Assembly: GCA_002633005.1 (NCBI GenBank)
Contig: NMRA01000607.1
Location: 124,001 to 188,000 of the forward strand
Reading direction: 5' to 3'
Source: Phoronis australis
Taxonomy: Eukaryota; Animalia; Phoronida
DNA length: 64,000 nt
Under the pieces are notes generated by a model that made no database searches, was not told the DNA's origin, and saw only the letters and a program-made list of their open reading frames with translations. Each line of letters begins with the position of its first letter. Position 1 is the first letter of the stretch. The position numbers and the translations under genes are program-made. Positions 35,501 to 48,538 of this stretch are shown in pieces.

Positions 35501-38500
35501 CTTGCACGTGCAGCAAAAATCTGGATCGGAAACAGTGAATTCAATCCCAGAATGCAGCACCTCAACCTCACCGACCGAACATTTCAGTGGCTGCCACCTT
35601 TCTGTGACGGGCTAGCAAACTTTCGACCATACTCGCTCTTTACCCGCGTGATTTTGTGAGAAACGAAAACTACCGAAAGAACATTCTTCAGACAAAGGCG
35701 ACCTCCTGCATGTAGGTTTACTCACTTTATGACGTAAAATAATTAAAAATAAGACGCATGATACTAAAAATTAGCAACATGATAATTTAAGTTCAACTTG
35801 AAAAACTCTTCTAATGACAGTACGGTATACATGTAGTTCCCACACGAGGTGTCTGCCATCTGACTGATTTATCAACCAAAATTTTCCTTAAAAATTGCAA
35901 TGTTCTACCTTTACTGTTGTTATGAATTATTATTAACTTAAAATTAGTAACGCACCTCGCTAAAAACAAAACTTTGCGAGATTACTTGACATATTACTGT
36001 GGGCGTCTGCATGGTGACATATAATTTTTAGCAAGCTCATAAACCAGGCGATATCCGTATACACAAGGGTCCTGCCAAGGGCGGGGAGTTGTACGGCGTG
36101 CCTCACTTCCCGCGGGAAGTTGTACTGCGTGCCTCACTTCCCGCGGGGAGTTGTACGGCGTGCCTCACTTATAATCCTCGACATCCCGCGAAGCCATGTA
36201 CGGGATCTTCCGTTTTCGCGAATGTAGTGGGTCTACGAAACGAGCGTTTAATTTTCGAAAATACAGAATTATCAGTTAACGTTGCAACATAAATTAATTG
36301 TTTTAGTCCGAACAGGAAGAAATGTATTGTAACATTTGACTTCACCAAAAATGAAAATTAAACAAAAAGTAAGTTGAAATGTTTATAGTTGAATGAGCGT
36401 TATTTGGGTTTCGAATAAACTAACTTTTGTTAAAATCCGTTTTATGAAGTTATGAATTAAAAGCGGAAACTGTCTATAATTTAAATTCTCGTCTGCGTTA
36501 CATGCCCGAGTAGGCGCTCTAGAGCACATGCGTGGCCACACTTCCGTCTTTACCTGGATCGAGGCAGTCAAATCCGATGTGTGTCACAGCTGAATTGTCC
36601 TTAAAGTAGGCGCTGGTAGAAGGTGAAAACCCGTGAAAGTTCTTGAGGTAGCATTTGTCAGTAACCTCAAGAAAATTAGCAGACACGCAACCACTTGTCT
36701 CGATACACTGCTGGGCGCACTCGCCATCGCTCTCGGCTGCCGCAATTCCCAATCCAGGGACCTTCATTTGCCTCCCGTATTCCAAATACAGATAAAGTGT
36801 TTTGGGTAACACGCATGAATCTGCAAAACATAAGCGTAGATTCTTCAGATGCGCAGCACCTGGTACACTGAGCAGACGATGTGTACGGGTAATAGAGCTT
36901 TGTTTGTTATTCTACTAGTTAATCTATTGACAATGTGTTGCGCGTTAGATGTTTAAGTCAGTAGTTAAACCCTCGTCACCGGCTTGGCAATGCAATTTTT
37001 GCAGCACGCTTTCCCAAGTCACAGGGAAAGAATCGGATTCTTTAAACCCACGCTCCACGCGCATACATGTAGTTTTCAAGATATCTATCGTAAGCTCCAG
37101 GTATCATTTTAATCTTTAAGCTATCTTAATAACCATCCGATGGTTCATCCCGAAAATGTTACAATTGGTGTTATCATGTTTTGATGTACTTACACTTTAC
37201 TACGTATCAAAGGAAAATCGCTAAATGAGGTCTAGTTTGTAGACAGGACCAAAAATAATTTGTCAGTATTTTCCCAGCTAGAAAACTTCTAATTCTGAAA
37301 GTAATAGAGACCAGTTGTCTAATTCAAAAGTTGTCGTTTTCAATTCCGAAAAGGCCGATGAGGAAGACACTTGGAGTTCCACGTGTACGTTTAGTGTACT
37401 ATGGTATAACGTGAACATCAATCTTTACTTGTCAGAGTGGTTGACCTCTTCTTGTAATAGATAAAGTTCGTATTCGCCTGCTCCGTTACTGTTGCTGTGT
37501 TTGTTGCAAAGTAACATGCTCTACTGTCAAGGTCCCAGGTCGCAGCTTGGCAGTTATCATCTTGAAGGCAGAGCTGAGAACATCGATGGCCAGAAAATCG
37601 CTGGGAGGTGGTTTGCTCGCTGAAAACGCCTTTGGTGTCACTCTCTAACTGCATTGATTTTACAGGTCCTGTAAGGAGAAAATGAAAGTTTGTAGGGCTC
37701 GAGAAACGAAATGCATGTGCGGAATCTTGTCATTAACAACGACTGGTGATTTTCAAGTTTGGGTAGGGAAGGTGAGTCTTGGCAGAGATTCTCGCGACAT
37801 GTTAAGCACTGCGCTTGCCAAATTCTGATATTGAGATTGAAACTTGTGAACAATAAGTACAACCACAATGTTCCTGAAACCACTGCTTAACGATCTCCAT
37901 GGTTACACATTACTTGTCGTCTGCTATCTAGAGAAGATTGCCCCATGGCGATGGATTTCTGGAGGACAACTTGGGATGTTCTTTCGGAACGTTGACGCTA
38001 GACTAGCAAGACACTTGCGGGAAGACATCTTTGCTAATGCGACGGAAAATGCGCCCATATCCTACTGGACACTGGTAAGATTTCCAGAGTGGGCGCCTTT
38101 TTCTGTATTTAGCCGCATGTGGTAATAGTGTCCAGAATCTCGGTTCTAGCCATTGCTAATATGAACACCAGCGCGATTGAATGGTGTTTGTGGAAATAAC
38201 GTGCGTGTAGCGTATGAACATAAAATGTTTAACCATTCTGGGAACAGGTAAAAGACTCCCGCAGCAACATAGTGCCGTATATAGCAAGCAGCTTTCCCTG
38301 GTACCACACATTTGGATGTGGCAAACAGAGGGACCGGCTGCCTATAGCGGATGTTCACTGAAAGAAGTCTAAAATGTAGACTAGAAGGCCCCTACCTGAA
38401 ATAACACCGATTATTCTCACTAATCTAAATGCAACACATGAAAACACTGTACATTCACTGTCGCCACATGAAAATACGACTGAAACCATTACTACTCACG

Positions 38501-41421
38501 TCTGCTGGCTTTTCGAGGCGGTTTCCACGAGCATTTATTTGATTTTCCAAGCAATTTGAAACCAACAAAGTAGATTTAATAAAACGTATTTGACTTACAA
38601 ATTAATCTTCCTCTTTTCAGTCCAAGGAGTTTTTCAGATGAATTCCTAGTCCCAAATTAAATTTGTTGTTAAAGCGACCACTTCCAAAAACAATGTCTCC
38701 TTTGTTTGTTTCAGCTTCTATCACAAAGAACCATCAACCTCTAAACGTAGTCTCGTTTGGAAAACTAGTAATAGGCTTAATTACGGAAGAGATACCATTG
38801 ATAAAATGGCGAGTACGACAAGAGATTTGTGTGGACAATGATATCATTCTGCACTTACTGTCGATTTCTTCAATCACCTGATCTTCCCTGTGTTCGATAG
38901 CACCCGTTTTTGTACTGTAATTTGTTAAGCCTTGCACCACAGGTGAAGTTTTTGTTTGCAAAATTTAGGCAAACCCGGTGACCTGTTTGTAAAGAAGACC
39001 AGGAAAATAGCTAAAACTATGTTCCCTGGCCTTATATTCCGACAGGTCACGTGCGTAACCCAACAACTATGTCAATGATCACGTAATTTGTTAGTGTGAA
39101 TGCTGGACAACTTGTATTTTTTATTTTAGGCAAATGTCAGGGTTGGAAGTGCAAAGTGTTGTTCTTTCCTTGTTCTTCAACTGAAGTTGAAGAGTTCCTG
39201 AAATACTGAGAAGTTGGTCAATCGTGGCATGCATTTTTTCTATTACCCCTAGGTGGAGAGTCCCATCCAAGACTAACATAGCATTGCAATGCAAAACACT
39301 AGAATTCTGGCCAATCAAGTGTGTTCCGAAATTCACACGTGAACAGTGTCTAGCCACAAGTAAACCAACGCTATTGAAATGAGGGGTTTTCATTGTAAGA
39401 AGGAGACTTGTCTAGTAAATTTTCTTCGGACAACTAGTCCCAGATCAGTGCGTTCATTTCGCCTTTGGTGTTTTGCATGACGATGGATCAGACGTCCGTC
39501 TTGTGATTGTAGTGTCAAGGATAAAGTATGGGTATTCCGCTTTGAAGACCGCCGGCGTCATTTCCTAGCATCAACGGTAACACACACTGTGTGCACTTCT
39601 TTTAACGTAGGCAGTTTTCCATGACTAATTTCCACGAATAGACCTCTCGTGAGCTGAGAAGTGAAGTGTTTTTTTTTTTACTGCACATCAGAAATTCGAC
39701 TGAAGTTCAAGTTGGTTTTCCACGTGCTATGCTCTAAATCTAGACTTTACCCATAGGTTTTGCCAAATGAATCATAAATGTCAATTCCAATGTAGTCCAT
39801 ATTTGCTAAAAGCAAGAAACATCTCAACATGAAAATTTAAATACAGGTAATGTTCTAACTCACCAATGACGAAATTTGTCAAGGCGGAAGGCAAACGCTG
39901 ATTTTTGAACTTGCACCAATTTATGCAAGCTTGCTGAAGACCGACTTGTATTCATTGTGTATATTAATCAGTCCACTGAGGCGCTATGAATCTTGCGAAT
40001 ATGTAGCAGGGGATGCTGCTTGACAAGGGACCTTTATTGTTTATTCACGGTGTCATTGTGTTGACAATTGCAGCGCCTTTATCATCACCTTGAAGGTGCT
40101 GCGATGGAATGTACTAGATAGGTACATCTGAAAAGATGGCGATTCTGTGCCATGGTTTTGCTAAGTTTGGAATCACGCAAGAAATCCATTGGCAGCATTG
40201 TAGAAGAGATCAGGGATATGTTCAGAATCCAGGAATGCATGCACGCACGCAGCCTTCAATGTGGGGGGGCTCGAATGTCTGTCGATGTGGACCTTTTGCC
40301 GAAAATATCGGCCGGACTAAAAAACGATGTACTACCTTCAAAACTGTAAACTGTGCGTCTTCATCTTTTTAGAGGGCTTTTACCTCGTTTTCTCGGAGTT
40401 TTTGTTTCGAGGCGGACCTTTTTGCCCACTTCGCCAAATTGGGGGGCTCCTTCGAGCCCCCNNNNNNNNNNNNNNNNNNNNNNNNNNNNNNNNNNNNNNN
40501 NNNNNNNNNNNNNNNNNNNNNNNNNNNNNNNNNNNNNNNNNNNNNNNNNNNNNNNNNNNNNNNNNNNNNNNNNGGACATTTTGTTTCTCTGAGGCGGACC
40601 TTTTTGCCCACTTTGCCAAATAGGGGGCTCACTAGAGTCCCCCCCCCTGGGTGCGCGCATGGAATGTCCGTCAAATACTCACAAACAGAAAAACACTGTA
40701 TAAGGTTGGTGTCACTTAGCGTGAGGTTACCCAGACTAAAATATAGGGAGGCTCAAATTTTTGAAAATGTGAGCCTTTTACTGGAAAAAAAGAGGTGGAC
40801 ATACGTTCAGAGCTATGAATTGTGCATTCGGCAGTATTGCCGCCCTTTTAGTAGACTTTTTTCTCGATTTCTCGGACTTTTTGTTTCTTTGCGGCGGCGG
40901 ACCTTTTTGCCCACTTCGCCAAATCAGGGGGCTCCTTCGAGACCCAGAGCCCGCCCCTCCTGGGTGCACTCACGCTTAGCAGAAATCGCGTAACTTCTAA
41001 ACCGCCACGTCGAGGTCAAATTTGAGGACTTATGAAAAAACATTAAACTCTCGGCCGGGTAGCATTGTATTATGCTCGTCGGACAGTTTGTTGAAGAAGT
41101 GAATGGCAGTTTCCATGGGTGAAGTTAGGAGAGTTTACCAAATTATTTATTGTGAACCACACCCAGTCCCCATCGCTACTTGTATTTCGAGCAAAGTGTA
41201 CTTACCATTTACAAAGTAGCCTTCGTGTCTGCTATATGTGTCGCACGTGCCAGCGCCCTTGTTCCATGTTTGAGACCCAGTACATTTCCTTGTCTTAATT
41301 TTTTTCTTATCTTCAAACACGTATCCTTCATTGCACGTGTATCTAACACTTTCACCCACGCTAACAGCCTCTGCTGGCGCATTGTTCGAGGAGTTTGGAA
41401 TGTCAGGTACGTGGCATTTTT
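32339..41421 (-). CDS. Upstream duplicated block Sushi-PAN-PAN-CTL (5 exons); paralog or alternative N-terminal cassette
   Basis: Same domain order, exon sizes and phases as 27962-23311, with visible sequence similarity; open and in frame. No first exon confidently located. Confidence 0.85.
33204..33621 (-). mobile_element. pogo-type MITE, internal-deletion relative of 9858-11427
   Basis: TA|ccgggatttccgtagataagc ... acttatctacggaaaatccttg|TA; both ends match the larger element in inverted orientation. Confidence 0.85.
34323..34503 (-). CDS. CTL N-terminal exon, upstream block (not in the ORF track)
   Basis: ASYCPPHMLQASNGGCYAVLTGSGQVLTYNDAKNFCEKRYTHLAYITSDYE; 181 nt, same size as its paralog; phase 1 to 2. 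Confidence 0.9.
36081..36170. repeat. 31-bp tandem repeat, about 3 copies
   Basis: Unit gcggggagttgtacggcgtgcctcacttccc; one junction forms the palindrome acttcccgcgggaagt. Confidence 0.93.
36554..36820 (-). CDS. PAN exon, upstream block
   Basis: SCVLPKTLYLYLEY...ECAQQCIETSGCVSANFLEVTDKCYLK...THIGFDC; phase 1-1. Confidence 0.9.
37429..37668 (-). CDS. PAN exon (N-terminal type), upstream block
   Basis: RCSQLCLQDDNCQAATWDLDSRACYF...FIYYKKRSTTLT; phase 1-1. Confidence 0.87.
40238..40661. mobile_element. MITE with CATG termini, 5-bp TSD (GAATG) and internal repeats spanning the gap; a related fragment lies at about 40860-40970
   Basis: gaatg|catgcacgcac ... gtgcgcgcatg|gaatg; gcggacctttttgcccactt recurs three times. 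Confidence 0.7.
40462..40573. other. Assembly gap (N run)
   Basis: Run of N. Confidence 1.
41206..41421 (-). CDS. Sushi/CCP exon, upstream block
   Basis: CHVPDIPNSSNN...VGESVRYTCNEGYVF...RKCTGSQTWNKGAGTC; ttttacag| acceptor and G|gtaagt donor. Confidence 0.9.
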
Positions 41422-42677
41422 CTGTAAAACAAAAGTTAATAAAATTAAATGTTTTAAATGTCGCATGGACAACATGCATTGTGCGAAAATGAAGTAAATC
41501 GACAAACCGCCCTTGACTGCATGTGCACATGAATTTAACTTCGGCGGCTTACCATAAGGATGGGGACGCTATAGCCCATCACATTTTCAGTGCTGCGTCG
41601 CCCATGGTTAAGCCTACACGCATGTATGATAAGCAGCGTCTGTGCGCCTATTTACAAAATGCCTGACTAAAAGTAACAATTTTAACTATTATCTTGATGT
41701 TTTAAATGAACACGTGTGGCAAGGGTGCTAGACAAACAACTAACCTTCCGAAAGAACTCTACTCGGCAAACTATTGAGAAGTAATAGAAGGAAATGCAGC
41801 GTCCACAGTCCCATTTTGAAAGTCCACTTAAGCTCCTCTACAACTGGCAACAGTTCCAGCTTTTGACAACTATTGAATCCTACCACTTAGTGCAAAAGTT
41901 TTTAACATGTTTTCTTTTAAGAAGACACACGATTGAGTGATAAAGTGTGTGATACTTTTTGACGACGGCTGACCTCTCCCGAATCACCATGCATGACGTC
42001 ACGTCTTATAGTCGAAGCAGAAATCCGTATTGTCTCAGTTATTGACTTTGCAAAGCATCACAAAGCAATCCATAATTATTACGAGACGGCATTGACGAGT
42101 CCATCGACTTAGGGTTGTGATCTATGATCGCGTTCAGCTTGCGTGAGTCCATTCGTGACACTTTTATAAACAAATGGATGTTTTAATATTTGTTGGCTTC
42201 TGTTAGCATTCAAGATTGATCTGACACGCGAATCCCTACCTCTCCAGGTCACACAAGGGTTAGAGCCTGTATTCATTCGTGAATAACAAAAATAGCCTAG
42301 TGCCTCTTAGCGCTTTACATATACTGCCATTTGTAGGCTTACAGTGCAGTTTTACGTTAGGGATTAAACGGACATTATTTTAAAATTTAAGTTCACTCTA
42401 TTGACCTTCATTTTGCTAGTGTGCAGGAGTAAGGACTCAGTCTTGCGGTCGCGTCTTCACCTCCCACTTGCACGATGTTCGCGCAAGGAGACGCATCCCG
42501 TTGAACCACGGCGTCCGAGCCAGCACACGAATCCACGGCTTCAGCCACTATCTTGATTATTCAACTAGGTAGAGTAACTGAAACAGCTCTATGTTATTCT
42601 GTCTTCAGTCTACCACAATACCACGCACGACATACTCCATTCGAAACCGTGCACTCGGTTATTGAGACTAATAATAT

Positions 42678-42975
42678 CTGGGCCTGGGATATAATACATG
42701 TACATTTAGATACATGGTCATAATCCTATGTTAGAGTAAATTATTAGAACGCATATCAGTTTCAGGACCGAGTTAACACATGATGGCTCGTAAATCCGAA
42801 CTACGAACTCGAGTATGAACTGTAGAGTGATACTGCAAACTAACATTAGGCCGTCATCTACGAAAACCATTTCACTGATGTACTCCAGCAACAGGCATAC
42901 TTTGATTTCCCACAAAATTAGAACGAAAAATCAGAAAATTAAGTTCGAGTTTGATATCGATTATCCCGGGCCCAG
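42678..42975. mobile_element. MITE with ctgggcc(t/c)gggata TIRs
   Basis: ctgggcctgggatat ... ttatcccgggcccag. Confidence 0.65.
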
Positions 42976-45023
42976 GTAAAATTGTAACGTCTCCAAGCCG
43001 TTTATGAATTGACAATTTGTGTTCTATTGTCGAGGTAAATTCTTAGGAGTAAACCGGCTGTACATGTACATATGAGTATTGCATTATTGGTCTTCACTTC
43101 GCATTCAATAATCGACATGATAATGACGCAACACATATTTTTCCTCTATTGATTGTCGTGGATTGGGATAACGCAGTAGTTCAAGGTGAAATTGCTTGTA
43201 GCTATACTTGTTCAGGAGGCGGCGGGAGACTGGATTTGGCGACAAATAGACGCAATGTAAGATCTACCTTTTTCAAGCTTCCTCATTCGATACTTTTTCA
43301 GACATTGAGATAAAGACGTCCAGTAGGTAGTTATACTGTATTAGTTCAGCTAGTTTTTAATAGATTGTGTTACGAAATACATTCTTTGTGATTGTTTTAC
43401 ATCTGAAAATAACTTTCATTGGAGTTGTCATTAGATCCTTCTAATGTACGACTTTTGGGGAACCCTCCAACAATAGGCTCTGTATATGCTGTTCTTTTGG
43501 CACGTGGCCAGCTTTTTCCCGAAAATTGGCGCTGTAGAATTTCACCCCCCCCCCCCCCGTTCGCCACCAGTCCTTTGTTTCTCCTTCCCAGCACGGTATT
43601 CCACTCACTCCCCTTTTGTTCGTCTTTTGAAATGGATTCTCCGCTGTCTGAATATTTTATTTTCTTTTGCTTTGCCGAATGTTCGTTAATTTGTGGCTAA
43701 AAGTGCAGGAAATTGAAGTCCTGGCAGCCCAATACACTTACCGTTTGTGTCACCAACAGCATCCAAGTGCCCTCTATAGGCATTAAACAACAATACACCG
43801 ACCCATACAAATTATTCACTAATCCATTGTAATCAAAACAGGGGTCACAAACCAAGTCCATATGTAAGTGAACGAGAAACAATGGAAGTGTTATGCAACC
43901 AAATGTTTAATGTTTACTTCATTTTTTCAGAAAAAAAATTTGCTGTCCCTGAAAGATTTTTGCAAGCAAGAAGATACACAAAAGTTTTGATTACTTCATT
44001 CTAGATTGTTACTTAACCTAGGGACCGTTTTATAAAACTTTTTTGTGTTGAATTTATTCAAAATCGGGCTAACATAAGCCCAATTTGTCTTAGATCCGTT
44101 TCATGAAATTTTGAATGCCAAATTAGGATGGAATGAAACGTATCGTCAAAAGTTTGCGTGCTACGGAGTAGGCGCAAAATCGGGTGTTTGGTGGTCTAAA
44201 TGACTAAAGTTACGACAGTCATCACTGCACGCTGTTAAGGAACAGATTTCGTCGATATTTTTCTCAACGTTATACAATCTAAGAGTACCAAACAGGGTCA
44301 ATTTGAATATCACCTGCTTTCCATACGGAAGCCCGCAAGTACATAATAAGACACTAATACAGTGCCTTGTCTACATGTCTGAAGTGGTACTGTATAGCTG
44401 TACCATTGCCAGTAAACACGACTGCAATTGTGCCGATGGCTCCATACTCGCATAGAGAATTTAAAGACAGCGAATATTCTTGTAAATCATTTTCTACACA
44501 TTACCTCCGTGCCGGGTTTTATGAATTGTCAACAGGTGGCGAAAGCGTAGTCAGGCTCAACCCTTGGTGAAAACCGACTATATTTTGGTCTACGTTAAGT
44601 TCGATGCTCCAAAACAAAGACTTTGTGTTCATGGAAGGTCCTCTTTCAAATTTCCTCGTCGGTGTTAACTTAGACAAAGTCACTTTTCACACAGTTGTAC
44701 AACGAGCGCTTGCCTTGCCTGATAAAAGTAAGGTTTACTTGGTAACTAAAGCCCCCTTCCTCACGTTTGTCAAAATGTACTTTTCAATTTGGCATACTTT
44801 GTAAGTGTTTTTCATACTGGCTCCAAACTTCTCCGTCTTGACGGAGATTACCGAGCATTGCGTAAAAGACTTAAATATAAGGATCAGGCTACCTTCCTTA
44901 CAAAGAATAGAGTTTCCTAAAGCTGTCATTCGCTTTGTTATTGCTGACTTTAATGTAAGAACTCGATCTCTGGATATTCATGACCGTGATAAGATTCTAT
45001 TGCCTTTATCAACCGGTCTAAGG

Positions 45024-45252
45024 CATGGGCGGCGCACCATAGGTGACTGGGGGAGGAAGCTATAGCCCCTACTTTTATCAGTGCTGGGCCACTCATGGTC
45101 TATGGCGCACCATAGGTAGCTGGGGGAGGGAGCTATGGCCCCTACTTTCATCGGTGCTGGGCCACTCATGGTCTATGAGGGGTGCACCACAGGGGGGCTG
45201 GGAGGGGGGGGGGCTGTAACTCCCCACTTTTTTCAGTGCTGCTCTACACATG
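45024..45252. repeat. Three tandem units (about 73-77 bp) of a catgggcggcgcacc MITE; relatives at 41543-41606 and 54505-54649 (reverse)
   Basis: Repeated ggcgcaccatagg...ggggg...gctatagcccc.actttt.cagtgctg. Confidence 0.75.
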
Positions 45253-47488
45253 TACATTGTAAGGATATTGTTCAGGCTTTTGCTACTCTAAGAAAATTGA
45301 GTGGGTCAGTTTTGACGGCTGTGGAGCAATTGGAATTGGTTGACAAGAATGATAGTCAGTAGTTCCAGGAAGTTGCTTTGAGCAAATCATATCCAGAAAT
45401 TTCCGATGCTCTCTTCTACCAAGATACGAAAGTCTGGCCATTTCTAGAGCGCATCCTTGCCTATCTTTGGGGGCTTTGACACGAACACACGCGTAGCCTA
45501 CATCAGAAAATGGAAATTATTGCAAAAACCCAGTTGGTAATTTTTTGGCAACAGCATTTGTATTCGTGCCTGTTCTCTGCTGTTGAGGAAGTCATGAATT
45601 TGAGGTTTTGGGAGAAAATGCCGATGTCATAATTTTAGCATTATCTCTAGTGAACGTAGCAAGGCAAAATGCATGGCGTTGTTGAATTTATTCAGAGAGT
45701 GTGCTTTGCTTTCTGTAAATTACTCCTTGTTTATGTGTCTGTAGAAAGGGTACATATCAAGGCTTTTACAGATACAGACCAGTGATAACGTGAAGGTCAT
45801 CCACTGGAACTGTGGTCTTTGTCACAAGAATTTGGATCACACTTTATCTTTTAAACTCATTTATCTTTACACTATGTACTCGAAAAGCAATAAACATGTC
45901 TTTGACGGTGAAAAGGTGACTTTTAATTCATACCACAAGATACTGCTACAAAATTTGTCTCAATTTATTTCTTACCCACATGAGAAATGGTTTTTCGGGT
46001 TTGAAGGAAATGGCAGATCGGTAGTGCTTGAGACTGAAATGACGCGTAAAATGACACGCGGTGGCACAACAATATATCGAGATCGACCTAAAGCAATAAT
46101 GCACTCTCAGTTCTCCCAAGCCCAGGAAATCTGACCAATGTACAGGTCAGATTTTTAAATTTATTTACACATTCAAGACCTATCCATAAACATATATTTC
46201 AAAGTACAGAGGCCCGCAAATCGGCTTTTAGAAGCACTTGGGTGTCACCCATTTTCAGCACTACAAAAAAGTGCCTACGGATTCACCTTTCCTGTCACTT
46301 GATGAATGCAACGCAAGTATTAGTATCCACTTTATTTGGTTCTCCTTGTGCCCCACTTCATAATCCCACGATGTGTTTTCTCTCATCGCATGCAATCCAC
46401 CTGTTTTCATGTTGGAAAATTGATGTTTTCTGTATTCAAAAACGTGTCATTTTCTTCCTGAACCTTAGAAGTAGGACGCCAATAATATTAAAGGGTGATC
46501 TTTGTATCAGAGCCGGTAGGATATCGGTGTGATAAATTAACGAGTTCATATGGTATGCGCAAGACTTATTACTTATTCTTATTTATACCATATCATCACT
46601 CTAATTTACATCAACACATCGTCGTATAGATAACAAACAAAAATAACTAGGATATATTGTCAACTGTAAATACACGTAGGAGCTGTGGAAGCAACACTTT
46701 AGAAACCCGTAACAGTCTGTTTATGATATTTTATCGTGGACATTGATATCAGGCAAAATACATGTATGATCACGTCATTGATGTCGTTGTTCGACAATGA
46801 ATTACTTTTGTTGTTGGCTGAATTTTACTAAAAACACATGGTCACGACAGTGAAGTGGTTATAGTTTGGTATAAAGACAAAATTCAAATTGTACAAAGTT
46901 TTATAATTTGAGAAATTATGTACCTTATTTTATAATTTTGTTGATACGTGGCTAAATGCATAGACATGTTGATGGGGGTATTACGTAACATTAATTAGGC
47001 ACATTAGTCAATATCACAATTGTGCTCCCAGCAACTCAAATGTAGAAATAGGTCCGACATATTGACAAAAATCACTGATAAAACAACAACATTAAAACAT
47101 TTAGGCGCATGTGAAATTGTGCCTATATCCGGAATTGATGCGCCTAGATACGTTAAACACTGAGTGAAACCAAGGAGTGTTTTTCTAAAGTTATGAGCGA
47201 GCGAACATTGGCCGATCCCTTCCAAAATTACAACTTTAAGACAATGTTAAGAAAACAGTGAGAGTTGTTGAAAAACACGAATGACACTTTGTTCAATAGA
47301 TGCACATACGAAACACGTCAAACGTTCTTGGAAAACAAAATTCATTACGATATCGGCGTATGGACCTAAATGCGACCAACAAGCACACACTCGGCTACAT
47401 TTTGCCAGAGTCTCACAGTCCAGTTGATTTTCTTACACAATATTTTTTCGCTAACAGTGTCATTTTGAAAACATTTCGGGCACGAAAA

Positions 47489-48538
47489 TCATCCAGGGCA
47501 ACCCATTTCGTCTTCTCCAAAAATGCAGTCCGGCTTTCCATCACAGGTCTCGCTTGCTTTGATGCACGCAAAATCAGAACACAGCACATCAGTTCCAAAA
47601 CACTGTCCGAATGGTGGCGTTGCTGCTATTGCTGATGGAGTGGGTGTTGTAGTAGTAGTAGTAGTAGTAGCAGTAGTAGTTGTTGTTGTTGTTGTTGTTG
47701 CAGTTGCTGTTGTTGTTGGTGGTGGGGGTGGTGATGTAGTTGATGTTATTGATGCTGTCCTTAACGTGGTTGTTCCTGTTGGTAGTGGCGATGTTTGTAT
47801 AGCCGTTGGTGTTGTTTTTGCTATTGCAGCCGCTGGTAGATCTGTTAACACAGTTGATCTTGCAACAACTACCGCTGATTCTGATGTTGCTTTTGCGGAT
47901 TGCGTTGCATCCGAAGGCGTTGTTGCTGTTTTCGCAAACACCGCTGTCCCGGGGGTTGATTCTTCCAATGCTGTGGTTGTTTCAAATGGCGATGCTTTTG
48001 TATTTACCGACCGTGTCGCATTATTTGTTACATTCATCGAATCTTCGGTGTTCACTATAGTTTGAGATGTACCTAGCGCAAGGTCAGCACGGATATTCGA
48101 CTGTGTTGCGTTCAGCGGCAATGATACAGTCAACGATGCATTCGTTTCCATGGGAACCCTTACACTTACTGACGCGTGTGTAGCTTTTATCGTGTTTTCT
48201 AGGACTACTGAAGCAATTGGGTCTGACGAATCGTTAGTATATGCGCTGGTGATGTATGAAATTTTAACTGAACTTGTCTCCCTTGCACCTGGAAACGCGG
48301 TGTTCGACTCGTCAGGCACATGGCTGTCAATTGTCATTGGGACATTCACCAACGGGAGACCGGAAGTTGAACTGGTCACTGTTGTAGCGGTTGTTACGTC
48401 ATGCATTGAGCCAGTTGTATCTGTAACAAATTTGAGAGGCTCATGAACGCGGGTCCCCCTTGGATCATACTGGTTTACCATAAACGAAGTCATTGACATA
48501 TATTTCGTTAACTTTGCAAAATGTGACAACTCGTCCAA
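47489..48538 (-). CDS. Thr/Ser/Pro-rich mucin-like region ending in an LDL-receptor class A module; probably a terminal exon (5' end uncertain)
   Basis: 349-aa ORF with poly-Thr and PPPPP; C-terminus CFGTDVLCSDFACIKASETCDGKPDCIFGEDEMGC has the six-Cys LDLa spacing and a CDG..DC..G.DE motif. Confidence 0.75.
   Translation of the reverse strand: MDELSHFAKLTKYMSMTSFMVNQYDPRGTRVHEPLKFVTDTTGSMHDVTTATTVTSSTSGLPLVNVPMTIDSHVPDESNTAFPGARETSSVKISYITSAYTNDSSDPIASVVLENTIKATHASVSVRVPMETNASLTVSLPLNATQSNIRADLALGTSQTIVNTEDSMNVTNNATRSVNTKASPFETTTALEESTPGTAVFAKTATTPSDATQSAKATSESAVVVARSTVLTDLPAAAIAKTTPTAIQTSPLPTGTTTLRTASITSTTSPPPPPTTTATATTTTTTTTTATTTTTTTTPTPSAIAATPPFGQCFGTDVLCSDFACIKASETCDGKPDCIFGEDEMGCPG

Noticed and set aside
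38146-39930. Possible extra exons near 38.2-38.36 kb and 39.86-39.93 kb
   Set aside because: No domain motif, phases do not chain, and the paralog has no exon between Sushi and PAN
42240-42266. 27-nt phase 1-1 micro-exon (GSNPCVTWR)
   Set aside because: Splice dinucleotides are present but there is no homologous exon in the downstream copy; could be chance
43742-43815. Candidate signal-peptide exon for the upstream block (FVWVGVLLFNAY...G|gtaagt)
   Set aside because: Good donor and hydrophobic stretch, but an in-frame TAA precedes it and there is no ATG; unresolved without RNA data
47523-48446. Val-rich plus-strand ORFs that look like membrane proteins
   Set aside because: Antisense shadow of the Thr-rich mucin-like ORF
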